DNA of 32,000 bases from Patescibacteria group bacterium. Lineage in GTDB: Bacteria > Patescibacteriota > Minisyncoccia > UBA6257 > HR35. The notes below the pieces were generated by a model. The model was given only the letters and a program-made list of their open reading frames with translations. It ran no database searches and was not told where the DNA came from. A program made the position numbers and the translations under genes. The DNA is taken from contig JAMCWY010000018.1 of assembly GCA_023480925.1 (NCBI GenBank), positions 2,295 through 34,294 of the forward strand, read 5' to 3'. This document shows positions 8,820 to 17,182 of the stretch, piece after piece; position 1 is the stretch's first letter; each line of letters begins with the position of its first letter.

Positions 8820-8985
8820 AAAATTTTTGCTTTAAGTTTTTATTCTTGATAAAATATCTTTGACGGTTTAATTTGATTGGTCGAGCCGAAGAAATTGTTT
8901 ATTCTATTTTTAGTTATTTGCTCCCGGCCGGCAAAATTTTATTTTCGAACTTTTATTTTATCTTCTAAATTTTAAATTTTAAAAA

Positions 8986-10881
8986 ATGTTTAAACTTAAA
9001 AGTCAGTTTGAGCCGACGGGTGATCAACCCAAGGCGATAAAAAATTTGGTTAAAAGCGTTAGGGCGGGGAACCGATTTCAAACGCTTTTGGGCGTGACCG
9101 GATCGGGCAAGACTTTCACGATGGCTTCAATGATCGAGTCGCTTCAACGACCCGCCTTGATTATTTCGCCGAATAAAGTTTTGGCCGCCCAACTTTATCA
9201 AGAATTTAGTTCGTTCTTTCCCGAAAACGCGGTTAATTTTTTCGTCAGTTATTATGATTATTATCAGCCCGAAGCTTATCTGCCAACATTTGATACTTAT
9301 ATCGCCAAAGACGCTCGGATTAACGAGTTTCTCGATCAGCTTCGACATGCCACCTTACAGAGCGCTTTGACTCGACAAGATTTCGTTATTATTTCTTCGG
9401 TTTCTTGTATTTATGGCTTAGGCCATCCGGATCAGTACGAAAAAGTCGGCTTTGATTTAAAATTAGGCGACAAAATCAACAAAACTAACTTGGCCAAGCG
9501 GCTGAAAATTTTACAATATCAAGAAGCGGGTCGAACGGTTCGCGGCGGCAGTTTTAAAATAGCCGATTGGTCAGTTGATATTATTTTGCCCGACGGTCGG
9601 GCCCTGATTCAAATTTGGCTTGATCGGTTCGGTTTAGTTGAATCGATTCGTCGTTATCCGGTTGAAAAAAAATTCGAACAAAAATTTTCCCTTGATGTTG
9701 TTTTGGAAAGTTTCGAAGAGATCGGGGCGGTTAAAATTTATCCGGCTAAATTTTTTGTCGCGCCGCGGGAAAAAATTGAATTAGCAATTTTAAACATTCG
9801 GCAGGAGTTAGACGAACATTACTGGAAACTTTTAAAAGAGGATAGGTTGGTCGAAGCAGAGCGATTGAAACAGCGGACATTATTGGATCTTGAACTGCTT
9901 GAAAAGAACGGTTACTGTTCCGGTATTGAAAATTATTCTCGCCATCTTTCCTTCCGCCAGCCGGGCCAGCCGCCTTACACTCTTTTTGATTACTTGCCCG
10001 ACGATACTTTGGTTTTCATTGACGAGTCCCATTTGGCTTTGCCTCAAATTCGGTCAATGGCCAGCGGTGATCGCCGTCGCAAAGAAGCCTTGATTGAATA
10101 CGGCTGGCGTTTGCCTTCGGCCTTGGATAACCGGCCGTTAACCGAGGCGGAATTTTTAGAAAAAAAATTTCAGACAGTTTTTGTTTCAGCCACGCCGGCT
10201 CAATTTGAACGCCGTCTTTCGAGTTTAATCGCTGAACAGTTGGTTCGGCCGACTTTCATACCCGATCCAATTATCGAGGTTCGGTCGAGCCAAAATCAAA
10301 TCGTTGATTTGATTAGAGAAATTAACATGAGGACGACGCGATCGGAACGAGCCTTAGTTTTAACCGTGACGAAACGGGCGGCGGAAAACTTGTGTGAATT
10401 TTTATTGGATCATAAAATCAAAGCTCACTATCTTCACGCCGACGTCAAGACATTTAAACGCGCCGAGATAATTAAAAAATTGCGTCAAGGCGAAATTGAA
10501 GTTTTGGTTGGCATTAATCTTTTGCGCGAAGGTTTGGACTTGCCGGAAGTTTCGCTCGTCGTTATTCTTGACGCGGACAAGGAAGGTTTTCTGCGCAACG
10601 AAACGACCCTGATTCAAGCGATTGGTCGGGCCTCTCGTCATCTTGATGGTCGAGTTATTTTTTACGCTGATAAGATGACTGAATCAATGGCTCGGGCAAT
10701 CAGTGAAAGCGAGCGGCGGCGGCGGCGTCAAGTTGAATTTAATCGGCGAAACAAAATCAAACCAAAGGCGATTATCAAGGAAATTCAGGAAACAATTTTA
10801 ACCATGTCGGCCAAACCGGAAAAAGTTTTAAGCCGCGAAGAGTTAACGTTTTTTTTGGAAGAGGAAAAGAATGTCTTATAA
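8986..10881 (+). CDS. uvrB: Excinuclease ABC subunit B (UvrB)
   Basis: FEPTGDQPKAI, Walker A GVTGSGKTFTMA, DESH box (FIDESHLALPQ), and helicase C motifs LLREGLDLPEV and QAIGRASR. Confidence 0.93.
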   Translation: MFKLKSQFEPTGDQPKAIKNLVKSVRAGNRFQTLLGVTGSGKTFTMASMIESLQRPALIISPNKVLAAQLYQEFSSFFPENAVNFFVSYYDYYQPEAYLPTFDTYIAKDARINEFLDQLRHATLQSALTRQDFVIISSVSCIYGLGHPDQYEKVGFDLKLGDKINKTNLAKRLKILQYQEAGRTVRGGSFKIADWSVDIILPDGRALIQIWLDRFGLVESIRRYPVEKKFEQKFSLDVVLESFEEIGAVKIYPAKFFVAPREKIELAILNIRQELDEHYWKLLKEDRLVEAERLKQRTLLDLELLEKNGYCSGIENYSRHLSFRQPGQPPYTLFDYLPDDTLVFIDESHLALPQIRSMASGDRRRKEALIEYGWRLPSALDNRPLTEAEFLEKKFQTVFVSATPAQFERRLSSLIAEQLVRPTFIPDPIIEVRSSQNQIVDLIREINMRTTRSERALVLTVTKRAAENLCEFLLDHKIKAHYLHADVKTFKRAEIIKKLRQGEIEVLVGINLLREGLDLPEVSLVVILDADKEGFLRNETTLIQAIGRASRHLDGRVIFYADKMTESMARAISESERRRRRQVEFNRRNKIKPKAIIKEIQETILTMSAKPEKVLSREELTFFLEEEKNVL

Positions 10882-10923
10882 TATACTTAGTAAAAATAAT
10901 TAGCGGTTTAGAGGTTTCAAATT

Positions 10924-11457
10924 ATGGCGAAAAAAGTTTCAACCCCAATCTTAAAAATAGTCCTTTTAAAACTACTTTTCGCGCTTTTGTTTTTTGTCTT
11001 GTTAACCACCGGTTTTTGGTTTTTGTCTAGATATCAAATTAATCAAACGATTAATCAGTTGAGCCAAAAAAATAATTTAATAATATTGGCGCAAAAAAAC
11101 GACACTGAGAATAGTTTGAAAATAGGTATGCTGAAAAAACTTTCTTTTCTCGGCGCCGATCCAATTTCGGTCTTGGCCAGTCTAAGTCAGCGATTGAAAT
11201 CATTTTGGCGGCCGACGAACTTGAATGTTGCCAATGCCCTGATTAAAAATTACGCCTCATCGTCCGGTCTGACAATCGTTTCCACCGTCAATACTTCGAC
11301 CAACCAGATTAGCGGCAGTTTTTCCGGTCGGACGAGCGATTTGGAAAATATCATTAATCAACTTCGAGCCGAAAAATATAATTTTCAAATTGACAAAATT
11401 GATCTAAAACCGTCAACTAGCGGCGAGATGATTGATTTTAGTTTAATTTTCAAATGA
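10924..11457 (+). CDS. Hypothetical membrane-anchored protein (weak PilO/PilN-like impression)
   Basis: 177 aa with one N-terminal TM helix, a Q/N-rich coiled stretch, and a C-terminal segment (FSGRTSDLENIINQLRAEKYNFQIDKIDL...IDFSLIF) reminiscent of pilus-assembly PilO domains. The similarity is not verified. Confidence 0.5.
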   Translation: MAKKVSTPILKIVLLKLLFALLFFVLLTTGFWFLSRYQINQTINQLSQKNNLIILAQKNDTENSLKIGMLKKLSFLGADPISVLASLSQRLKSFWRPTNLNVANALIKNYASSSGLTIVSTVNTSTNQISGSFSGRTSDLENIINQLRAEKYNFQIDKIDLKPSTSGEMIDFSLIFK

Positions 11458-11693
11458 AAAAATTTAAAGTGACGATAATTCTTGTTAATATTATTTTGGG
11501 TTTAGTCATTTTTTCTTTGTTTATTAGTTTGGCTTTCGATTTTGTTAAAAATTATGGAAAATTATCTAGCGTCACTAGCGTCGGCGCCGGCCAATCCGAC
11601 TTTGGCGCTTTAATTAAATCCGTTCAATATAATTACCAAAAAATTAAATCAGATTTGCCCGTTAACGCGGTTAAGACCGGGCCGACGAAATAA
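11454..11693 (+). CDS. Hypothetical small membrane protein
   Basis: 79 aa with an N-terminal TM helix and an ATGA overlap with the upstream ORF, suggesting translational coupling. Confidence 0.45.
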   Translation: MKKFKVTIILVNIILGLVIFSLFISLAFDFVKNYGKLSSVTSVGAGQSDFGALIKSVQYNYQKIKSDLPVNAVKTGPTK

Positions 11694-11745
11694 TTCAGCT
11701 CAAATAAATTTTAATTAAGTCGAAGTCTGCCAGCTGATTATTTGT

Positions 11746-11754
11746 TGGTATAAT
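11746..11754 (+). promoter_or_regulatory. Extended -10 promoter (TGgTATAAT) for the tRNA-Ile/tRNA-Ala pair
   Basis: TTGGTATAATAA lies 30 nt upstream of tRNA-Ile. The same 12-mer occurs upstream of clpP. Confidence 0.5.
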
Positions 11755-11783
11755 AAAACTGTTGCCTTGGCAAAATTAATAAT

Positions 11784-11857
11784 GGGCGCGTAGCTCAGTT
11801 GGTTAGAGCGCGTCTCTGATAAGGACGAGGTCGTAGGTCCGAGCCCTACCGCGCCCA
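11784..11857 (+). tRNA. tRNA-Ile (anticodon GAT)
   Basis: Manual fold of 74 nt. Acceptor GGGCGCG/CGCGCCC. D-arm GCTC-AGTTGGTTA-GAGC. Anticodon loop CTGATAA. T-arm GTAGG-TCCGAGC-CCTAC, with C at position 55. Confidence 0.88.
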
Positions 11858-11930
11858 CTCGATTAAAATAGCGAAGAATCGGCCTGAGTTAGACAAGTTT
11901 AAACGCCGGTTATTTTTTGATTTAGTTTAG

Positions 11931-12007
<77 letters not shown>

Positions 12008-12206
12008 GCACAGAGCTTAACGGCTTTTTGAAAGTCGGAGACATAACGCACGAGTCGCCCTTGACTCACCTTACCGCACCCGCGCGCGGGCGACACAAAG
12101 GAGCCTTCTTAATTTCGTCTGGCTAAATGATAAAAATTTCATATACTAACTATTGATGATAAAGGTTTTATATCCTCACTAACTATCATAGTAAAACTAT
12201 ACGAAT

Positions 12207-12416
12207 ATGTCAAACAAAAAATCAACAATCGGCGAGAATATAAAGAAATACCGAAACAAGCTCAGTATTTCGCAAGATGTCTTATCGAAAAAGGCGAATT
12301 TGGTTTTTCATACGATTGCTAAAATTGAAGCCGGAGCGACGCCAAACCCTACTATTGATACTGTCAAAAAAATTGCGGACGCGCTTGGCGTTTCGCTTGA
12401 TGTTTTAATGAAATAA
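12207..12416 (+). CDS. XRE-family helix-turn-helix transcriptional regulator
   Basis: 69 aa with a classic HTH_3 pattern: IGENIKKYRNKLSISQDVLSKKANLVFHTIAKIEAG...NPTIDTVKKIADALGVSLDVLM. Confidence 0.85.
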   Translation: MSNKKSTIGENIKKYRNKLSISQDVLSKKANLVFHTIAKIEAGATPNPTIDTVKKIADALGVSLDVLMK

Positions 12417-12445
12417 ACACTATAGAAAATACTTTTGAAAAAATC

Positions 12446-12829
12446 TTGAGAGACGGCGAGCGAAAAGGATACTTTCGCGTTTTGAATGACGAAGTAAAGA
12501 TTGAATATCTGCCGTCTGAACATAAAGAAAATCTAAACGACCCAGAGGAAAAAGTCCGCGCCGAATACTATTTTTGCTTAAAAAATATCACTATCTCGTT
12601 AAGCGAGTTGAACTTGAAACGGAAATGCCTGACCGAACGACCGAACGTTACGCGGATATTGTTATTTACGATGACGCCGACAAGAAAAAACCTTATATCG
12701 TTGTTGGGTGTAAAAAAGACGGCATTTCCGACGCGGAATTTGAACAGGCCATCAAAACAGGCAATCGCCAACGCTCGCGTGCTTCACGCTCCGCTTGCGA
12801 TTTGCGTTGCGGGTACCCCCTTATCTTGA
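12446..12829 (+). pseudogene. Degraded HsdR_N-type (type I restriction enzyme R, N-terminal PD-(D/E)XK-like) domain gene
   Basis: The homologous reading is spread over frames: ...PEEKVRAEYYF | LKKYHYLVKRVELETEMPDRTTERYADIVIYDDADKKKPYIVVGCKKDGISDAEFEQAIKT | QAIANARVLHAPLAICVAG. There are at least two frame switches (near 12575 and near 12760), no ATG start, and the expected catalytic E-x-K reads G-C-K. Confidence 0.6.
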
Positions 12830-13422
12830 AAAATTTACGCTTGGCGAGGCCATAGCTGATATGTCCGGCGGAGCAACGCCAAAAGTTACTGGTAATTATT
12901 ATTCGGACGAGGGCGGTGTGCCATTTTTGCGAGTGCAGAATATCGCGGAAATGGGAATAAAACTTGACGATGTAAAATTTATCAAACCCGGGATTCACGA
13001 AACAATGCTTAAGCGTTCGCAGTTGAAAAAAGACGATTTAGTTTTCACTATCCTTGGAAAGCCAGGAACGGTGTCGGTTGTGCCTGATAATTTTGAAGTT
13101 GATATAAGTCAAAATTCCGTCCGATTTCATTTAAAAAAATGAAGTTGATAAAACAAAAATTATATCTAGTTATGTTGCTGTTTTTCTAAATGCAAAAATC
13201 GGAAAAGATTTATCTTTGCGCTGGACAGTTGGCGACGCGCAACCCGCATTAAATTCTAATATCGTAAAAAAATTAATCGTGCCATTGTCGAACATTAAAA
13301 AACAAGAAAAAATTATTTCTGGTGTAAAAACAATTTATAAAAAAACAAAACGCCTATGATAAGAAGCGGAAAGCATTGTCGCCGAAGCGCAAAAACAAGT
13401 AGAACAAATGATTTTAGCGTAG
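12795..13422 (+). pseudogene. Degraded single-TRD (half) type I R-M specificity subunit HsdS
   Basis: FTLGEAIADMSGGATPKV...GVPFLRVQNI...DDLVFTILGKPGTVSVV reads through a stop at an A7 run (13134-13140). It continues in the +1 frame as EVDKTKIISSYVAVFLNAKIGKDLSLRWTVGDAQPALNSNIVKKLIVPLSNIKKQEKII, then shifts again before EAESIVAEAQKQVEQMIL. No hsdM or full hsdR is present. Confidence 0.65.
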
Positions 13423-13651
13423 TTTTAGCAAAAATTGATTTTTTGTAATAAAGTTAGTGTTGTTGGTAAGGTGTCTTTGGGAAAAAAATTTCGCCGCGAT
13501 TGGCCAATAATTTTAAATAATTTCAGTCGGTTTGGTCAAATTCAAATTTAATCGGCGGTGGTTAAAAAAAACAATAATCCAATTTAAATTTTTGGTTTGA
13601 GAACAAAATCGGTTAAAATATAAGTTGATTAAAAAATAGAAAAATAAAAAA

Positions 13652-14011
13652 ATGAATAAAGTTGATTTGGTTGGTAAAAAATATTTGCGGACGGATCTGC
13701 CAGAAATTCGCGTGGGCGAGGTAATTAAAATTTGGCAGGCGTTTTACGAGAAAGAAAAAAAAGTCGTTCAGGCTTTTGAAGGAATTGTGATCGCGGTCAA
13801 AAATAAAAACAGCATTCAGAAAAGTTTTGTCGTTCGCGGCGGCGCCGGCGGTCAGATGATTGAAAAAACTTATTCTTATCATTCGCCTACAATCGAAAAA
13901 ATTCAAATTTTAGAGAAAGGCAAGGCGCGGCGAGCGAAACTTTACTTTATTCGCGATTTGTCGCCGATTAAGTTAAAGCGAAAGTTAAAGATTCATTACG
14001 CCAAAAAATAA
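13652..14011 (+). CDS. rplS: 50S ribosomal protein L19
   Basis: 119 aa containing IRVGEVIKIW...QAFEGIVIAVKNKNSIQKSFVVR...EKTYSYHSPTIEKIQIL...ARRAKLYFIRDL. Confidence 0.92.
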   Translation: MNKVDLVGKKYLRTDLPEIRVGEVIKIWQAFYEKEKKVVQAFEGIVIAVKNKNSIQKSFVVRGGAGGQMIEKTYSYHSPTIEKIQILEKGKARRAKLYFIRDLSPIKLKRKLKIHYAKK

Positions 14012-14110
14012 GAGTGATGTTTTTTATTGGTTCAATTAGTTAATTGGCGTGGTCATTTGATCGTATTGGTCGGGTTTAATTTAAACTTGAATTTAAAAAA
14101 TTAATTTAGG

Positions 14111-16003
14111 ATGAGTCAAACATACAAAGCCGAAGATATCCAGGTTTTGGAAGGAATCGAAGCGGTTCGGAAGAGGCCGGGAATGTATATCGGTACGACC
14201 GGTCCGGATGGCGTTTTACATTTACTTTATGAAATCGTCGGCAACGCCATTGACGAGGCGATCGCCGGTCAGGCGAAAAATATCGAAGTCCGGATTAAAA
14301 AAAATCAGGTCTTGGTTAAAGATGATGGTCGCGGTATTCCGGTTGAAATTCATCCCAAAACGAACAAGTCCGCTCTTGAAACAGTTTTAACTTATCTTCA
14401 CGCCGGCGGCAAGTTTGATCATAAGGTTTACAAAGTTTCCGGCGGTTTGCACGGCGTTGGTTTGTCTGTCGTTAACGCTTTGTCGAAAAATTTAAAGGCG
14501 ATTTCCAGCCGCGACGGTTGCGAATGGTCGCAAGAATATAAGCGGGGCGTGGCCGTGACCGAGTTAAAACGGGGTCAAAATATTTCTCGGACGGGCACAA
14601 CGATTATTTTTGAACCGGATCCGGAAATTTTCCCGGAAATCAGTTTTGAACGCAGAAAAGTTTTGGATTATTTAAGACATCAGGCGTTTTTGACGCCCGG
14701 CGTTCGTTTTAATTTTTATGATGACGATGACGATTTTGGCTACGGTTTTTATTTCGAAGACGGTTTGAAAAGTTTTGTCAATCATTTAAGCCAGGGCAAA
14801 AAATTAGTTCAATCCCAAACGATTATTTTCGCGGCCGAGCGTCAAGATTATCAATTTCGTTTCGCTTTGGCTTGGACCGAGTCGCAGGATAGCCAGGAAC
14901 TCGCTTTTACCAATAACATTTTTAACCCTGATGGCGGCACGCATCTGATCGGGTTCAAATCCGGTTTAGTTAAAGTTTTTAACGAAGTTGGCCGAGAGTT
15001 GAATCTTTTAAAAGACAAAAATTTAATCGCCGAAGATTTGCGTTCCGGTTTAATCGCGATTATTTCTTTAAATATTCAAGAACCTCAATTTGAAGGTCAG
15101 ACTAAAGCGCGTTTGGGCAATCCCGAGGCAAAGACGATTGTTGAAAATGAAACAAGCGAGTTTTTAAAAGAGTACTTTGGCAAGAAGCCGGCCGAAGCAA
15201 AATCAATCCTTCAGCGTTTGCTTGTCAATTTCGAGGCGAGGCGGGCGGCCAAGATGGCTAAGCAGGCGATTTTTAAAAAACGAATCACTCCGACCTTAGC
15301 CTTGTCGGGCAAGTTGGCCGACTGTTCCAGCCACGATATTTCGAAGCGGGAAATTTTTATCGTTGAGGGCGACAGCGCCGGCGGTAGCTGCAAACAAGCG
15401 CGCGATCGAATTTCCCAAGCGGTCTTGCCCTTGCGCGGAAAAATTTTAAACGTCGAAAAAGCCGGTTTTTCAAAGTTGATTTCGTCAGTTGAGATTAAAA
15501 ATTTGATTGTCGCTCTGGGTGCCGGCGTTGGCCAGGAATTTAAAATTGACGACCTTCGCTATGGCAAAATTATCATCGCTTCGGACGCCGATGTCGATGG
15601 CAATCATATTAGAACCTTACTTTTGACCTTGTTTTACCGCTATTTTCGCGGCTTGATCGAGAACGGCTTTCTTTATATCGCTCAGCCGCCGCTTTATAAA
15701 ATTCAAGCGGGCAAGGAAATTAATTACGCTTACTCGGATGAAGAGCGCAATCGAGTGATCAAAAATTTTCAAACAAAGAAGAAGACGATTGAAGTCCAAC
15801 GTTATAAAGGTTTGGGCGAGATGAATGTAAGTGAACTTTGGCAGACCACGCTTAATCCGGAAGAACGAGTTTTAAAACAAATCGATCTTAAAGACGCCGA
15901 GGCGGCTAATACTTTGTTTAGTCTTTTAATGGGGGAAGAAGTTGAACCCCGAAAAAAATTTATTGAAACATATGCTCGAGAAGTTCAAAACCTGGATATT
16001 TAG
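14111..16003 (+). CDS. gyrB: DNA gyrase subunit B (type IIA topoisomerase B subunit)
   Basis: VLEGIEAVRKRPGMYIG, a GHKL ATPase region (GGLHGVGLSVVNALS), Toprim EGDSAGGS, PLRGKILNVEKA, and IASDADVDGNHI. ParE cannot be excluded from the sequence alone. Confidence 0.88.
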   Translation: MSQTYKAEDIQVLEGIEAVRKRPGMYIGTTGPDGVLHLLYEIVGNAIDEAIAGQAKNIEVRIKKNQVLVKDDGRGIPVEIHPKTNKSALETVLTYLHAGGKFDHKVYKVSGGLHGVGLSVVNALSKNLKAISSRDGCEWSQEYKRGVAVTELKRGQNISRTGTTIIFEPDPEIFPEISFERRKVLDYLRHQAFLTPGVRFNFYDDDDDFGYGFYFEDGLKSFVNHLSQGKKLVQSQTIIFAAERQDYQFRFALAWTESQDSQELAFTNNIFNPDGGTHLIGFKSGLVKVFNEVGRELNLLKDKNLIAEDLRSGLIAIISLNIQEPQFEGQTKARLGNPEAKTIVENETSEFLKEYFGKKPAEAKSILQRLLVNFEARRAAKMAKQAIFKKRITPTLALSGKLADCSSHDISKREIFIVEGDSAGGSCKQARDRISQAVLPLRGKILNVEKAGFSKLISSVEIKNLIVALGAGVGQEFKIDDLRYGKIIIASDADVDGNHIRTLLLTLFYRYFRGLIENGFLYIAQPPLYKIQAGKEINYAYSDEERNRVIKNFQTKKKTIEVQRYKGLGEMNVSELWQTTLNPEERVLKQIDLKDAEAANTLFSLLMGEEVEPRKKFIETYAREVQNLDI

Positions 16004-16535
16004 CCGTTGGCATTTTCTGTTCGCTTTGATTTTTGTTTCCGCGATTTTTTATCTGGCTTTGGTTAATTTTTATTTTTTACCGCTTTTTTTTCTTGTTTTC
16101 TTAATTTCGAATTTTTATTTTTTCCGCGGTTCTGAAATTTTGCTTGGAACAATTTTAATTCCGCTGCCATTTTTCTTCCTCGGTTTGATTTTCCAACTGA
16201 ACCAAATTGCTCTGATTTGGCTTTGGTTTGTTTATCTTGGCGTTTTTTGGCTTTGGCCTCAGATTAGTTGGTTGATTTTTGTCTTTTTCTTGAATCTAAT
16301 TTTGAATTACTTCGGCAATTATTTTAATCTTTTTCTGCCTTTAATTTTTTTCGGCGCGATTTTGTTTTTCGTCGTTAAAATTGTTTTTCAAAATAACGAT
16401 TTTAACGCCGCTCTGAAAAGTTTTATTCTGACCGAGTTGTTTTGGTTAATATTTTTAACGCCTTTTGGTTTTATTTGGCGAAGCTTGGCCGATTGGTTTG
16501 CTTTCGTTTATATTCGCCAAAAAAGTTTGGTATAA
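15972..16535 (+). CDS. Hypothetical polytopic membrane protein (Phe/Leu-rich)
   Basis: ATG at 15972 (the ORF track starts at an alternative codon, 15942). It overlaps the gyrB 3' end and has about 5-6 hydrophobic helices. No family recognised. Confidence 0.5.
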   Translation: MLEKFKTWIFSRWHFLFALIFVSAIFYLALVNFYFLPLFFLVFLISNFYFFRGSEILLGTILIPLPFFFLGLIFQLNQIALIWLWFVYLGVFWLWPQISWLIFVFFLNLILNYFGNYFNLFLPLIFFGAILFFVVKIVFQNNDFNAALKSFILTELFWLIFLTPFGFIWRSLADWFAFVYIRQKSLV

Positions 16536-16536
16536 T
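16528..16536 (+). promoter_or_regulatory. Extended -10 promoter (TGgTATAAT) immediately upstream of clpP
   Basis: TTGGTATAATAA at 16527-16538. The clpP ATG at 16546 lies only 9 nt past the -10 hexamer, implying a leaderless or near-leaderless transcript if the promoter is used. Confidence 0.4.
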
Positions 16537-16545
16537 AACAAAGAA

Positions 16546-17169
16546 ATGAAAGAAATGGAACTTGTGCCATACGTGATCGAAAAAACCCAAGCGGGAGAAA
16601 GGTCTTATGATATCTATTCCCGTCTGCTTAAGGATCGGATTATATTTTTAGGCAGTCCGATCTACGACACGGTCGCCAATACGATTATTGCTCAGTTGTT
16701 GTTTCTTGAACATGATGATCCGGAAAAAGACATTTATCTTTACATTAATTCGCCCGGTGGCAGCGTTATGGCCGCTTTGGCGATTTATGACACGATTCAA
16801 TTTATCAAAGCCGATGTCGCCACTATTGGCATTGGTATGACCGCTTCGGCCGCGGCCTTGTTGCTTGGTGCCGGCGCCAAAGGTAAACGGAGCGCTTTGC
16901 CCAACACCGAAATTTTACTTCATCAGGTTATGGGCGAGGCGTCTGGCCAAGCGGTTGAAATTGAAATTACGGCTAAACAAATTTTAAAAATTAAAGAACG
17001 GATCAATAAAATTTTAGCCAAACAAACTGGCCAACCCCTGGAAAAAGTCGAGCGGGATACTGATCGCGATTTTTACTTGACCGCGGATGAAGCGAAAGAT
17101 TATGGTTTAATCGATAGTGTTGTCGGCGCCATCGGTCAGGTTAAAGCGAATAACCGAACAAAAAAATAA
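16546..17169 (+). CDS. clpP: ATP-dependent Clp protease proteolytic subunit
   Basis: [31 protein letters not shown], active-site [11 protein letters not shown], and HQVMG. The start was moved to the ATG at 16546 so the N-terminus matches canonical ClpP. Confidence 0.93.
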   Translation: MKEMELVPYVIEKTQAGERSYDIYSRLLKDRIIFLGSPIYDTVANTIIAQLLFLEHDDPEKDIYLYINSPGGSVMAALAIYDTIQFIKADVATIGIGMTASAAALLLGAGAKGKRSALPNTEILLHQVMGEASGQAVEIEITAKQILKIKERINKILAKQTGQPLEKVERDTDRDFYLTADEAKDYGLIDSVVGAIGQVKANNRTKK

Positions 17170-17182
17170 CTTAACCGTCAAG

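Noticed and set aside
8946-8950. CGAAC upstream of uvrB as a possible LexA (Cheo-box) SOS operator.
   Set aside because: Only one half-site is present. There is no GTTCG-type partner at the required spacing.
10713-10727. (CGG)n trinucleotide run GCGGCGGCGGCGGCG.
   Set aside because: It lies in-frame inside uvrB and encodes the conserved basic ERRRRRQ segment. It is too short to call a functional repeat.
12446-13142. The frameshifts at A/T homopolymers in the HsdR_N/HsdS region as programmed phase variation.
   Set aside because: There are at least four or five independent disruptions, a missing start codon, a mutated catalytic residue, and no hsdM. This is more consistent with pseudogenisation than with a reversible switch.
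14012-14110. oriC or a DnaA-box cluster near gyrB.
   Set aside because: No TTATCCACA-like boxes cluster here. Only a short CAATTA-GT-TAATTG inverted repeat was seen, and dnaA and dnaN are not adjacent.
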